A DNA stretch of 64,000 nucleotides from Camelus dromedarius (lineage: Eukaryota), in contig NC_087437.1 in assembly GCF_036321535.1 (NCBI RefSeq), positions 22,384,001 through 22,448,000 of the forward strand, read 5' to 3'. This document shows positions 1-11,777 of the stretch, piece after piece (positions within the stretch are counted from its first letter, which is position 1; each line of letters opens with the position of its first letter). The position numbers and the translations under genes are program-made. The notes under the pieces were generated by a model, which saw only the letters and a program-made list of their open reading frames with translations, was not told the DNA's origin and ran no database searches.

Positions 1-520
1 TACCTCTTTCTTTTTCCAGCTCAAATCTATGGTTAAGCCCCTGTAGTGAATTTTCCGCTTCATCTATTATACTCTGCAACTTCAGAATTTCCATTTTAAT
101 ATAATTTCTGTCTCCTTATTGATATTCTCTATTTGATGAGTCTCAGTCATCATATCCTCCTTTAATTTTTTAAACATGGTTTCAGTTAGGTGTTTGAACT
201 TATTTATAATAGTGGCTTTGATATCTTTGTCTCCTTTCCCTGGACCCCCTCAAATGCAGTTTTTACTGTTTACTTGCTGTTTTCCTGTATAAGGGTCACA
301 ATATCCTGTTTCTTCCCATATTTCATAATATGTTGTCAAAAACTGGACATTATAGATATATATTGTACCAATTCTGAATTCTGATTAGCTCTCTCCCTTT
401 CCCAGGGCATGATAATGTTGCTATTTTCTTAATTTGTTTGTTTAGTGGATTGCCTGGACAAATTATGTAAAGTCTATTTCCGTTTTGGAAGTCCTGCTCA
501 ACTGATGTTTTTACAAGCTT
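1..520 (-). mobile_element. Old L1 fragment
   Basis: T-rich antisense L1 5'/ORF1-like sequence. Confidence 0.6.
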
Positions 521-764
521 AGTTTATCTTAAACAACAGTATCTATGAAATCATGGTTTGATATTCTAGCTATATATTTAAATATCCATTTACGCTAGTA
601 TACTATCAGCATTCACTGGATCTAAATTTAGTTTTTGAGTTTATTTTTGAGTAGTTCTATTTGTAAGTGTTGCTATATCATGACCTTCTTCTTCTTTCTT
701 ATGTCTTCCAAAGGACAAAGGTAAATCTAACATATTAAAAAAATAAAATAATACTATTTTTTTC

Positions 765-2417
765 TTGAAATTACCACATATGTCCACTGGACACCTTTAA
801 AAATCTAAGATATATTATAAAATTTTAGTGATCTTATTTTGCCTGTATCTTGAAAAATTTTGCTATTTTATCATCCTAGAAATTATGTCCCCATCACTTA
901 TTATTTCAAATGATGCTAAAAAACTACTGAATTAATAAGAAAACAAGAATACTGATGGGATCATTTAGATACAATAGTGAAATGAGTCATCATTATGTTA
1001 TCATCCTTCAGTTATCTTATGTTGCCTAATATATTGCATCACCTGTCAAAAAGGTGTAAAAGACAGGAGGTACTCTCTTTATAGTCATAGTCTGCTTGTA
1101 GCTTTCACTGGACTCAACTGAGAATTCAGAATTTTTTTCATTTCTCACCCATAATGACAAAAAGAATAAAATTTACAACAGAAGATATTTCACAATTATT
1201 AGACAGATGAGAAGACAAATGCAAAGAGACAGCAAAACTCTATTCTCTAAGGATGATGGTCAAACTGTATTAGCAAAATCTTAGACCATAATTTTTCAGA
1301 TAACAATATCCTAGATGAATTGTTTTAAACTTAAGAATCCATGAGTTTATGAATTATGATGAATATAATTCTAAGAGCACAAAGGAGATGTGGTATTCTC
1401 ATCCATTGAGTCACTGAACAGGAAGAACTTCCTCATGCACTATTTCATAACAAGAATTTGGGTTATCCCATGTTTCTAAAAGGACATATCCCTTATTTGT
1501 TTATACTTTATGATGCTTTTGTGCCAAAATTATTTGATATGATTTGTAAGTAGACAAATGCTGAATCAGATATGTATACAAAGATGAGTGGAAGAAAATT
1601 AAAACAATTCAATAGACATTATTCTAACTGCTATTTGTAAATCTAAAATGGAAATATTTTGTAATGTGAAATTAGAAATATGGCCTCTTCAACAAAATTA
1701 TAATTAATCAAAATTATTAAAAAAACTTGAAGTTTTCCATTTTCATGATGAAGGTACAAAAAGAAGATCCTTAAGTAATTATAAGCTAGAACCTCTTAGC
1801 GATGCATTTGAAATCTGGAATATGTTCTTGGTACATGCATGACAGTTGACAAGCAATTAATTGAACTCAGAGGATGTTACTTAGTTCAGATTTCTCTCTC
1901 TCTTTTATGTATCTAAAGAGAGAAAGAGAGAGAGAAAAATATATAATAAAAACTGTGTTTGTGTTCTTACTGAATTTTTGAATTAAGGTGTTTTTCATTA
2001 GCTGTTTATTCTTGCAAAAATTATTTGTAAAATGTTTTACAGAAACAGACTCATACACATAGAATACAAACTTGTGATTGCCAAAGGGGCGGAGGGTGGG
2101 AAGGGACAGACTGGGATCTTAAAATGCAGAATAGATAAACAAGATTATACTGTATATAGTACAGGGAAATATATACAAGATCTTGTGTTAACTCATAGTG
2201 AAAAAAAAATGTGACAATGAATATATATATATGTTTATGTATAACTGAAAAATTGTGCACTACACTAGAATTTGACACAACATTGTAAAATGACTATCAC
2301 TCAATAAAAAATGTTAAAAAATTATTTGTAAAATGTTTTAAAATTTAAAAAACAAAAGCACATTGGCTCTAGATGGTAAATAATAATGAGTGTTTTCCCT
2401 GTTATAATAGGGGTTAA
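765..2417 (+). mobile_element. Looper (piggyBac-family) DNA transposon remnant
   Basis: Decayed transposase KLEPLSDAFEIWN/..VLGTCMTVDKQLIELRG (~1785-1875). Ends in GGGTTAA at 2411-2417. Left end approximate. Confidence 0.8.
2040..2316 (+). mobile_element. Young camelid-type L1 3' end inserted in Looper
   Basis: L1 3' UTR with AATAAA. Perfect 24-bp TSD aaaaattatttgtaaaatgtttta at 2016-2039 and 2317-2340. Confidence 0.9.
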
Positions 2418-2489
2418 ACATACACGTACAACTTAAAATATTTTAAGTTAATCACTGTACCTCCTATAATACTCTTGCATTCATATGTA

Positions 2490-2745
2490 TCACACTTTAG
2501 ACACAGGATGTGCTAGAATGCCTAATGGTTCTGGAACCAGGATGACCCAGGTTTGAATTTTGGCCCCATTCCTTTCAGCTGTGAAACCACGGACAAGAAA
2601 CATCCTTTCTATGAATACTAGTTTATTTGTCTATAAAAAGAAGATGATAGAACCTACTCTGCAGAGTTAACATCACACTCAGAGATGAAGATAAGGCACC
2701 CAATGTATTTACTAGGAAACATCAGGTGCTCAATAAATAAATAAA
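2490..2745 (+). mobile_element. MIR SINE
   Basis: MIR core-like sequence and the ggtgctcaataaat tail. Confidence 0.65.
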
Positions 2746-2870
2746 TGCTTAATTCTCCCGTCTTTCCTTTTTGGTATTAATAATCTTTGTTGAGGAGAAT
2801 GCATGACTAGATTAAGACTAATGGAAAAAAAGGCTTGGCTCAAAAGAAACATTAAAAATAGAGAAATGGC

Positions 2871-2872
<2 letters not shown>

Positions 2873-2910
<38 letters not shown>
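2873..2910. repeat. (TG)19 microsatellite
   Basis: Direct reading. Confidence 0.98.
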
Positions 2911-2913
<3 letters not shown>

Positions 2914-2971
2914 AATATGCTTACTCATCATCTAAGGATCTTGTTAGGATGAAAAGTCTGTTTTAGGAGGT

Positions 2972-3370
2972 CCCTTAGATAGCTTGGGCTGCTATTACAA
3001 AATACCATAGACTGGGTAGCTTAAACTTCAGACATCTATTTCCTACAGTTTTGGAGGCTGGAATGTCTAAGATGAAAGTACTAGCTGATTTGGTTACTAG
3101 GGAGCTCTCTCCTCCTGGATTGCAGATAGGTGCTTTCTCACTATATGCTCACATAACCTCTTCTTCGTGTGTGTGCAAGAAAGAAAGAGCATGAGTTCTC
3201 TAGTGTCTTTTCTTATAAGGACACTAATTCTATTGGACCAGGGCCCCATCCTTATAATCTCATTTAACCTTAATTACCTCCTACTAGGCCTTATCTCCAA
3301 ATACAGTCACATTGGGAGTTAAAGCCTCAACATATGAATTTGGGAAGGTGACACAATTCAGTCCATAGCT
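2972..3370 (-). mobile_element. MLT1A/B-type MaLR solo LTR (MER5-like hAT element follows to ~3465)
   Basis: ggctgctattacaaaataccatagactgggtagcttaa ... gacacaattcagtccatagc. Confidence 0.85.
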
Positions 3371-3567
3371 GTAGGTGTGTGTGGGGCCTGAGATTCTGCA
3401 TTTCTAACAAGCTCTCAGGTGATGTGGATGCTGCTGGCCTTTGGACCACATTTTGAGTATCAGGGAACTAAAGTCAAAGGTCCCAGGTCCTGCTGCTTTA
3501 GGACAGAGAGGGGGTGCTCAATGATAATGGAATGACACAGCTAATCATATTAATAAGGCTTGTTCAG

Positions 3568-4133
3568 GAATGATGCTGATGAGAATAACAGCACTGCACC
3601 TTATTTTATACATAAGATATCATCAAAGAAAGTATAAAGACATGACCAGATTACCACAGTAGCAGTCAATTCTTTAACAAATGACTCTAAGTGGAACTTC
3701 CTTAAACAGTATCTTTCAGATACCTGGACCTCTTCTAAGACATGTGAAATTCGCCAGATGACATGCTTCATGCTTTCAAATCTAAAAGTCTATTTCCAAA
3801 CACCCCTTCTCTGGAACAGTATAAAAAGTTCATTTTCAGCTGATGCAAAAAGACAAAACCATAGCACCATATGAGAAAAATAATCTTAGCACACAGAGGG
3901 GAAAGAATACTCTACCTGAATCTCCAAATATGTACTACCTTAAGGGATGTACAACTTCAAAAAAGATGAAGAATCAGGCCATTTTGCCATCATTTAATTT
4001 GGGACTGTTGATAAGCATCATCAGCCAGGAGAAAGGAGGACTGACTTTACAAAACGGCTTTACAAATAAGAGGAAAAGAAAGAGAAAAGAGAATGCCTGC
4101 CCAGTTGTATTTTGACAATTTCCTACAAATGAG
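3568..4133 (+). pseudogene. Decayed exon, RGS-like
   Basis: ttcag| acceptor and ag|gcaagt donor. Peptides across frameshifts: SLTNDSKWNFLKQYLSD, YLDLF*DM*N, SLEQYKKFIF/QLMQKD, ENACPVVF*QF/LQM. Confidence 0.55.
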
Positions 4134-4359
4134 GCAAGTTAATACTGGGCTCAGGAATACCATTTTTCTCTAGTGATATGTCAGTGGTTCTCAGAACTAC
4201 TTTCAATTTCTGTGCCTTTACTTTCCTTGAGTATGAATTGGGCTCATTTGGATGTGAGGTCAGGCCACTGTGCTCTCTGATGGTATTACCTCAAAGAAAA
4301 ACTTTAGAGGCTTCAACTGTAAATAGTGTGATGTCCTGTTATTTCTTTTGACTGAAAAG

Positions 4360-4441
4360 TGGTAGGCATAAAAATAGTTACCCAATCTTCAATGGCTTTA
4401 ACTTGGGAGAACACTTTCTGGGACACTGCACAGACCAACCT
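4360..4441 (+). pseudogene. Decayed exon (82 nt)
   Basis: ttcttttgactgaaaag| acceptor and |gtaagt donor. Phase-2 compatible with the previous exon. Open frame (S)GRHKNSYPIFNGFNLGEHFLGHCTDQP. Confidence 0.5.
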
Positions 4442-4751
4442 GTAAGTATCTCTAAGAGTAGAATAGTAGGTTAGCCTCTCAGTCCTTTGTCGCACAGCCT
4501 CAAAGAAAGCACCAGAAAGTTTGATCAAAATTAGCTGCCAATATTCAAAGTTCCCACTTCATTCACAGTTTAAACCTTCTCACCAAGACTAAGTTAACAT
4601 GGCACAAATCAGTGGTAAAGAAGTAAGCAAATATACTTTGCCTGAAACTATCTTTCTGCATCAAAGGGAAAATCAAGCTGGCCTAAGGAGAGGCACAGAA
4701 TAGAAGAGTCTTTCCAGGATGCTTCACCGCCTGGCTCTTTTTCTTCCCCAG

Positions 4752-4910
4752 GCAAATATTATCATTGACCTGCTGCTTTTCTAGAAGCTATGCAGGAAGA
4801 CTGACTTGGATGGAATCCAGAATGTTTGTTACCAGATTTGTTTAAAAGAGTTATCTGCATATTAAGAGATCTTGACCAGCGATTCTTTTCTTTGATTCCC
4901 AAAATCTAGA
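4752..4910 (+). pseudogene. Decayed exon, RGS C-terminal helices
   Basis: Strong acceptor ctctttttcttccccag|. One frame reads KYYH*PAAFLEAMQED*LGWNPECLLPDLFKRVICILRDLDQRFF. 3' end uncertain. Confidence 0.5.
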
Positions 4911-5154
4911 GTTCTCAGTTCTCTCTGGGCTGCAGGGGCAGGAGGGAAGGACAAAGAAAACATAAACTGAGCTGTATTTAACAGTCATTGAGCTACAACT
5001 GTGACGTTGTGTTTAATTACTTTAGGAACAAGTCTCTTGAGAAGCTCACTTGTTCCCTAAGTAGGGCGTTTGAGTTGGATAATGAGGCTGGATTGAGGAA
5101 ACGCTGACCTCGCTTGCTTCTCTCTGCCCCTGCCCTCCGTTCTCAATCTCCGAG

Positions 5155-5260
5155 GACACTCCCTCTGAACTGTAGCAGAGGAGAGGGCTGGAGAGGACAG
5201 AGTTTTCTCTCTCATTCTGGAGCTTCGCTGGACATTCCTGGGATCAGCCTATATTAAACA
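5155..5260 (+). pseudogene. Decayed exon candidate
   Basis: Long polypyrimidine tract, then EDRVFSLILELRWTFLGSAY, resembling RGS helix 8 (VFxLLxxxWxxFLxS). Confidence 0.4.
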
Positions 5261-5389
5261 TATATATATATATAGCTTGTTTGTCACCTTGATATGCCAA
5301 CTGCAGACCTGGACTGGTGACACAGGAGTCTGGGTGAACAGGGGCATATTCAGATCTGTAATGAGTACAGCGCCTCATAAAGTGCCTTG

Positions 5390-8150
5390 CCCATCTCAGG
5401 CACCTCAAACTGTATATATTTGAAATTGAACTTCATGTCTTCCCTCCCAAGCTTATTCTTCCTTCTCCATTTTGTCTTACTAATAGTATCACCTTCACCT
5501 AATTATCCAGTCTCCAACTATCACTCCTCGTTGACTCCTTTTACCTCCAATTTTCTGCTTTCAGATGCCAGGATCATTTCACTTCCAGAACAGCTTCTCA
5601 ATCCAGCTGTTCTTTTCGATCCTGCTGCTTTGGTATTTCTGGCCTTTATCAATTTGCTTCAGAATTATTTCCACTCTTATCCTGGGGCATTTTTGTCAGA
5701 ATTGTCTTTTTTTTTTTTGTACTTTATTATTCCTTTTCTAATTTCTGAAGTTGAATAGGTAAATTTCATTTATTTCCAGTTTCTTTACCTTCCTTTTAAT
5801 TTTTCTAATAAACATACTAAAAGCATTCAAAGCTTTACATTTTCCTCTGAATACAGTTTTAGCTGTGTCTTACACTGTTTAGTATGAAATGTTTTCTTTT
5901 TTGTTACTCTCTAGATAATATCAAATTTTAGCTAGGACTTGTCTATTATGTCAAAGAATATTTCTTAATTTGCAAGTAATTACACTTGTTTTGGGTAATC
6001 ATTTGTTTTGATTTACAACACAGTAGACCCTTGAACAACGTAGTTTGAACTGCGCAGGTCCACTTCTATGCAGATTTTTTTCAGTAGTAAATACTACAGT
6101 ATTGTACATTCCACATTTGTTGGAATCCCTGATGCAGAATTGTGTATATGGAGGAAACTTGAATATGGTGGGCAAACTATAAGTTATATGGAGATTTTCA
6201 ACTGTACTGAGGGTTGGTGCCCTAACCCTCATGTTGTTTAAGGGTCATCTGTAACTAGAGAATGGGGCCAATGACATTGCCTTCTTTTCTCTTTCAAATG
6301 AATGATACTTAGGCTAGATAAGATTTTAGGATCATAATGGTCCTTTTTTTTAATGTTTCATTTTTGATTTTAATGTTTTTATTAATGGTCCTCCTTTCTC
6401 TATATAGATGCTATTTCAGTGTTCTTTAGATTCTAATACTTCAGATGATGAGTAAGTCACATGTTCTTTCTATCAGAAGGTTTTCTCTCTATCTTTGAAA
6501 TGTAGAAATTTCACTACAGTATGTCTCAGCTTTTTATTGTTGTTGTTTTCCTGTCTTAATTCATCTTCTCTAGGACTCAGTGGAGCTTTTAATATGAAGG
6601 ACCAAGTATTTCTTCAGTAGGAAATCTTTCCTTCTCTTATTTGCTTATTGCTTTTCATGCACTTGTTCCTTTGTGTCCTCTGGTGTTCCCATTGTTAACA
6701 TGGTGGGTCCTCTGGGTGTGTCTTCTCAGGCTCTTTTCTTATTCCATGTACTTTCTACTTTAGGGACTAGTTCTCTCTGTCTTGAGATATTTCTTAAACT
6801 TGATCTCTCAGAGCACAAATTCTATTCTCAGCAGTGAACATTCATTTTTTTTCAGTTTGTCTACTGAACTTTTAAGATTCAGAAATATCATTCTTGTTTC
6901 CAGAAAGCCTTTTCTGTGCTCTAATTGTATCTTGTTCTAATTACTTTTATTAATGTCTCCTCTTTCTCTCTTCCATTAGCCCCACTATAAACGAAGTCGC
7001 CAGCTCTACTTGATCAGCCTAGTCTCTCTCCCTCTGGCCATGGACTCCGCTTAAGTAGGTTGTAATTTTTCATTACCTACTGATTTTGTGTGCTCCCTCA
7101 ATACCTGTTTTGATCAGCCTGTTGGGGAATTCTAGCAGTGATGGCAGAGCGGGGGGCATGGCAGTGCCCATTTTTGTGGGCTGTGGACACCAAGCAAGCA
7201 AACTGTTACCTTCTGCTGAGGTTCTGATCGAATCTTCTCTCAACAGAACAGACGAGACCAATTCAGCCCAACAGGGAAGTCCTATGTAGGTCCAGGAGAG
7301 TGAGTACAAGTTGATGACCTCTTTGAATTCCACACCTGTAGTCAGGATAGATGTAGTCCCCCACTAAGGGGACAGGCAGACATCTGCCAGATGGGATTTT
7401 CAGAGAGTCACAGAATCCAAGGTCTTCACTTTAAGGCTCCTGTGCTGCTGTTGGTCCCCAGGTCTTGTTGGCTGCCATGGAACCAAGAGTCCCCATCATG
7501 CTCTCTCCTTGATGTGTCCTGTGGGCCCTGACTCTAATCTCACTTTTATTGACTCTAGAGAAGGGCTTGAAAAGAACAGGGGACAAGGACCATACTTTCT
7601 CTCTGGCAGACACCTTCTCAGATTCCAAGTTATTCTCCTAAAATGTAGGTGTGATAATCCCAATATGCTCAACTGGGTCCCCATCTTCTAGAGCACAATG
7701 TCCAAACCCTGGGTCCTTCGAGCTGAACCCTCCATAGGTTGGATGCCCTGAACCCTATGCTTTCTGTCACACCTGACTCATCAGTTTCTCCAGATCCATG
7801 CAGTGTATTTTCCCTTCCATGTCAGAGAACACTTTCCTTTATCTAGAAGCTCCACCACTTGCCCTATCTCTGACTTTCGGCATCCTCCTCATTCTCTGAT
7901 TCAGACACCACCTTTTACAGAGAGCCTCAGTTAGCATCTCTTCCTCTGTCCTCAGTGCCTCTATCGCTCCTAGTTGTCTCAGCGGCAACACTTAATACAA
8001 CCAGTGTTTTCTTAAATGACCTGTGTACCTCTTTCCCTCTCCACCCCAGACCCTAAATAATATGAAGTGAGGTTCCAGGTCTGTTTTATATTATCTCTTC
8101 ACACAGTGTCTTCCATAAAATGGATGCCCAATATTTGTAATGTTGAATTG
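5390..8150. mobile_element. Repeat cluster: L2 (+) split by old L1 (-) fragments
   Basis: L2-like at ~5390-5690 and ~7690-8150, with T-rich antisense L1 between. Confidence 0.65.
6021..6251. mobile_element. MER8/Tigger2-derived MITE
   Basis: TIRs cagtagacccttgaacaac and gttgtttaagggtcatctg, followed by TA. Confidence 0.85.
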
Positions 8151-8210
8151 ACAATGGAAAACAATTAAACTGGACATTGGCGGCCCCACCCTGAGCTTTT
8201 CTTACTCTAG

Positions 8211-9333
8211 GTGGGAGATGAAGTCACGAAGAGCTGCTGGAGTTGAACAGAGGAACTGATGTCCTCAGCGTCAGCTTGCAGACTTTCACCTTCAGAAAAG
8301 GCTTCTGTATCCCACGGGAAGGATGTCCTATTATTTTCTCCAACCCCGTGGAGGTGTTATTGTACAGAGATGTGGAGTAACAGCATTTGGGGTCAGTCAT
8401 GGTCACTGAGTTTCCTGCAGAACCTCTCCTCAGTGGCCTGATAGTGTGCAGGTTGGTAAAACAGAAGATGGCCAGCTCAAGCAACATCCATCCCAGACCA
8501 GAAGTCTGTGCTTTTCAGAAGACCTGTTATGTGTGAGTCATTAAAAAGATAAGCTCTGAGGAGGAAATATCATTGACATTTCAAGAAGTTTGACAAGATG
8601 CATCATGTTAAGAAGTAGAAAGATTGGTCCAGCATGGTGCAGTCCTACAGAATGCACAAGAAGAACTGGGAGGGGCCTTTTCAAAGGCAACTCATTGTAA
8701 TGAAGCAAGACTCACTCTGCTCACACCTGATTACAGACTCCCACCTAGTAGAGAGAAGCTGGGCCCAGGGCAGGGGACTGGGACCTACTGTGCAGAGTTG
8801 TTGTGTGGGAGGAGGGGAGGCTGTGGAGGGAAGGATGAGCCACTACTTTCTAGAGAATTCTTCACCTGTCACCAGATCTCTGTGCGACTTGAGAATGAGC
8901 AAAGATAATGCTATTGGATAAGCAATAGCCTAAGCCGGGCTTGTCTAACCATTTTTTCTGCTTGGGGCCCCTTGAAGTAGCTGTTCTCATGGCGTCATTT
9001 TCTTGCTCTTGCTCTGAAAGCCATGTTGAAGGTACTCAAGTGCAGAGACCTGTATCATCAGCTGAGTGAGCGTGTGCATGTGTGTGTGTTTATTGTAAAG
9101 AGGTATTAGCAGCAGCAATTCCTGGAAAGGAGCCTACTGCCCCCTCTAAGAATCCCATTAAGCATGCTGTCACTCTAAATGGACCATTTAAAGGCAAGGA
9201 CCAGTGCCTCACCCCAGGCCAGACACAGAGCAGGCTCTCGAAAAACGTGCTGAAAGCAGAACAGTCAGTATTCAGTGGAAAGATAGAAACTCAGTCTGTT
9301 CATTTCCTTCTTTTTGGCCTTCACCCCATTTGA
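8211..9333 (+). pseudogene. Decayed exon block with about three RGS-like repeats
   Basis: cttttcttactctag| acceptor. One frame runs 8213-8908 with 5 internal stops. Motifs: TFRK/LLYPTGRMSYYFLQPRG/EVLLYRDVE, SLTFQEV*QDASC*EVERLVQHG, WRHFLALALK, LSKNVLKAEQSVFSGKIETQSVHFLL. Confidence 0.6.
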
Positions 9334-9384
9334 TTATATAATTGCATTCCAAATCTTCCTTTCCTCTTCACACCTCCTCCAAGA

Positions 9385-9680
9385 CTATATGTGTATAGAT
9401 GTGTGTGTTTGTATGTGTACATGTGTTTAATGTGTATGTGTGTATGTGCTTATGTGGGCCCAGTTTTACATGCCTTTATGTATGTGTGTGTATCTGTATA
9501 CATGTCTATGTGTATGTCAGTATATTTTTGTGTGGGAGTGTGTGTGTAAATCTATACATATGTGTGTATGTGTATATATTTGTGTATATATATATCTGCA
9601 TGTGGATGTATATGTGTTGGTATGTGTATATATGTGTGTATGCACACATTTACTATATATAATTTAAATATACATTTTAT
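9385..9680. repeat. Degenerate (TG/TA)n low-complexity tract
   Basis: Direct reading. Confidence 0.9.
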
Positions 9681-10117
9681 AAATTAAAAAATCAGATACC
9701 CACAACAGCTTAATGATCAAGCCATTTCTTCATAAAAGCTAGATTGAAAAGAGTCTAAATGCCATCTTGCTTGGGTTTTTTTCCTGACTCTTATAGCACT
9801 GCTGTAGGAGGAAGGGGAAAGGGTAAAGAAGAGACAGTCATTTTAGTGGAAGGGGTAGAGGAGAACATTTTGAGATGCTGGTACTAGCCCTCCACTCTAA
9901 AGGGAGACATTGATGGTATAGGAAAGAAGGAGAGGGGAGCTGAGGGATGGAAGATCTGAGACGTGAGTGAGGGTAGACTTCAGAGCTCAGGGGAGAACGC
10001 CTTAGATAGAAGAGGCAAGTCTTCTACTGGATTAGGAGGCTCTTTCCAAGCTGGGCCACCCTGTTTCACTGCTCCCAGGGCAGTAGAACCTGTGGCAGAA
10101 GGCTCTGGAATACTCCT

Positions 10118-11078
10118 TGTTATGCAATGAACTGTGTCCCCTCAAATTCATATGTTGAATCCCAACTCCCAATGTATTTGGAGATAAAGCTTTCAGGAGG
10201 TGATTAAGGTTAAATAAGGATGTATGGGTGAGGCCCTAATCCCACAGGATTAGTGGCGTTATAGGGAGAGGAAAAGCTGTTTGGTGCCTTGTGAATAAAC
10301 ACTCTCTTTACTGCGAACGCTCTGAATCTCAGGGTGTAGGCTTGCTGCCTGTTAGACAAAACAGACCTGGTTCAGTGACAATGTGTTCTGAAAAAAAAAA
10401 GGGGGAATAAAATAAGCAATACAGGATGCACAGAACGCATCTGTGACCCTACAACCCAGAAAGAACCACTTAGGACTCCTGCATTGCACAGCTCTGGGGC
10501 TGCCATTCACACAGAAAACAACACGAGTCATGCAAGATGGTGGTCTTAACCTCTATTCATATTTTTGTGAATATCTTCCAAATACATCTATCCTTCAAAT
10601 TGAATAGATGGCACATACTGTCTTAGAAACTGCCTTTTTTCACTGAAAGATATAATCATGAATACTTTGTTTTTAATGTTTCTAATCAACCATCTTGTTT
10701 TTAATCACATCACAGTGGTCCGTTTTGTGGATTTATTATAATTTAAGAAGTCCTATATTATTTGATAATTTGGATACATAGTTTGGAACACATAAGTATT
10801 ATGGTAAACAACTTAGCAGCTGTCAACCAAAAGAAGAGGAAGAGAGAGAAAGATCTCTCTCCCACTGCACACACTGAAGAAAGGCTCCGTGAGGACATAG
10901 AAGATGGTCATCTGCAAGGAAGGGGCCTTGTTCCTAGAGGGCCCTCACTAGGAACTGAATCTGCTGGGACCTTGATCTTGAACTTCTCAGTCTCCAGAAC
11001 TGTGAGAAATACATTTCTATTGTTTAGGCAACTCAGTTTCTGGGTATTTTGTTATGGCAGACTGAGCGGACTGAGACA
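10118..11078 (+). mobile_element. MLT1A-type LTR interrupted by ~550 bp
   Basis: TG...CA ends with 5-bp TSD ctcct/ctctt. LTR halves at ~10118-10275 and ~10830-11078. Confidence 0.8.
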
Positions 11079-11687
11079 CTCTTCAAGGACTCTCATCAAC
11101 CTGTGCAAGGGTAGCCTCCAAGGTCCAGAGGGACTCTAACTTTGATGAAAGCACATCTTTGCTTTATGTGATGGTCACAGAGGCTGGGACAATGGGAGAC
11201 CCTCAGAGGAAGGAGCATCAGGGTTCTGCAGTCTTACCCTCCAGGGCAAGCAATTTCATTACATGCATTTCTTGTGGTCCCCATAACATTCTGTCTGGTT
11301 AATTCCTACTCAATACCCCCAAGAAGGAAGCAGACCCAACAGGAGGGTCTGCTCTGAGCACCAAAAGGTTGACATAAGAATTCATGATTTATTACCTCTT
11401 CTTCTCACAACTGCTACCCACACGTCATGGTGAGGCTGTACCGGTGTAAGAACTCAGTCTCTGGAGCCAGATGCCTGGGTTCATCACTTACTGGTGTTGT
11501 GACCTAGGGCAGGTTGCTTAACCTCTCTGTGCCTTTGTTTTCTCATCTGTAACGTGGGGATAATAATACCATCCACATTGTAGGCTTATTGTGGAGAATC
11601 AAGAGAGTTAATATATGTAAAAAATCTTGGCATGTGGTAAATACTCAGCTTTGGCTCTTATTACCTGTGCTGCTCCTCTCCCTTGAG

Positions 11688-11777
11688 TTCATTAGCATGG
11701 ACCCACGGCAGTTCTTGGAGCAGAAGCATGGGCAGCTCGGGCCTAGGCACCTGCTTCTAGAGGAAATGCTCTTGACT
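11688..11777 (+). pseudogene. Decayed exon candidate
   Basis: Polypyrimidine tract + AG. Open frame FISMDPRQFLEQKHGQLGPRHLLLEEMLLT. Confidence 0.35.

Noticed and set aside
714..720. 7-nt micro-exon (ccaaag|gacaaag|gtaaat)
   Set aside because: Too short to assess and has no supporting motif.
8219..8221. In-frame TGA as selenocysteine or readthrough
   Set aside because: The many TAA/TAG stops and frameshifts across the locus indicate decay, and no SECIS was recognised.
9399..9667. Cys/Val/Tyr-rich ORFs
   Set aside because: Translation of TG/TA low-complexity sequence.
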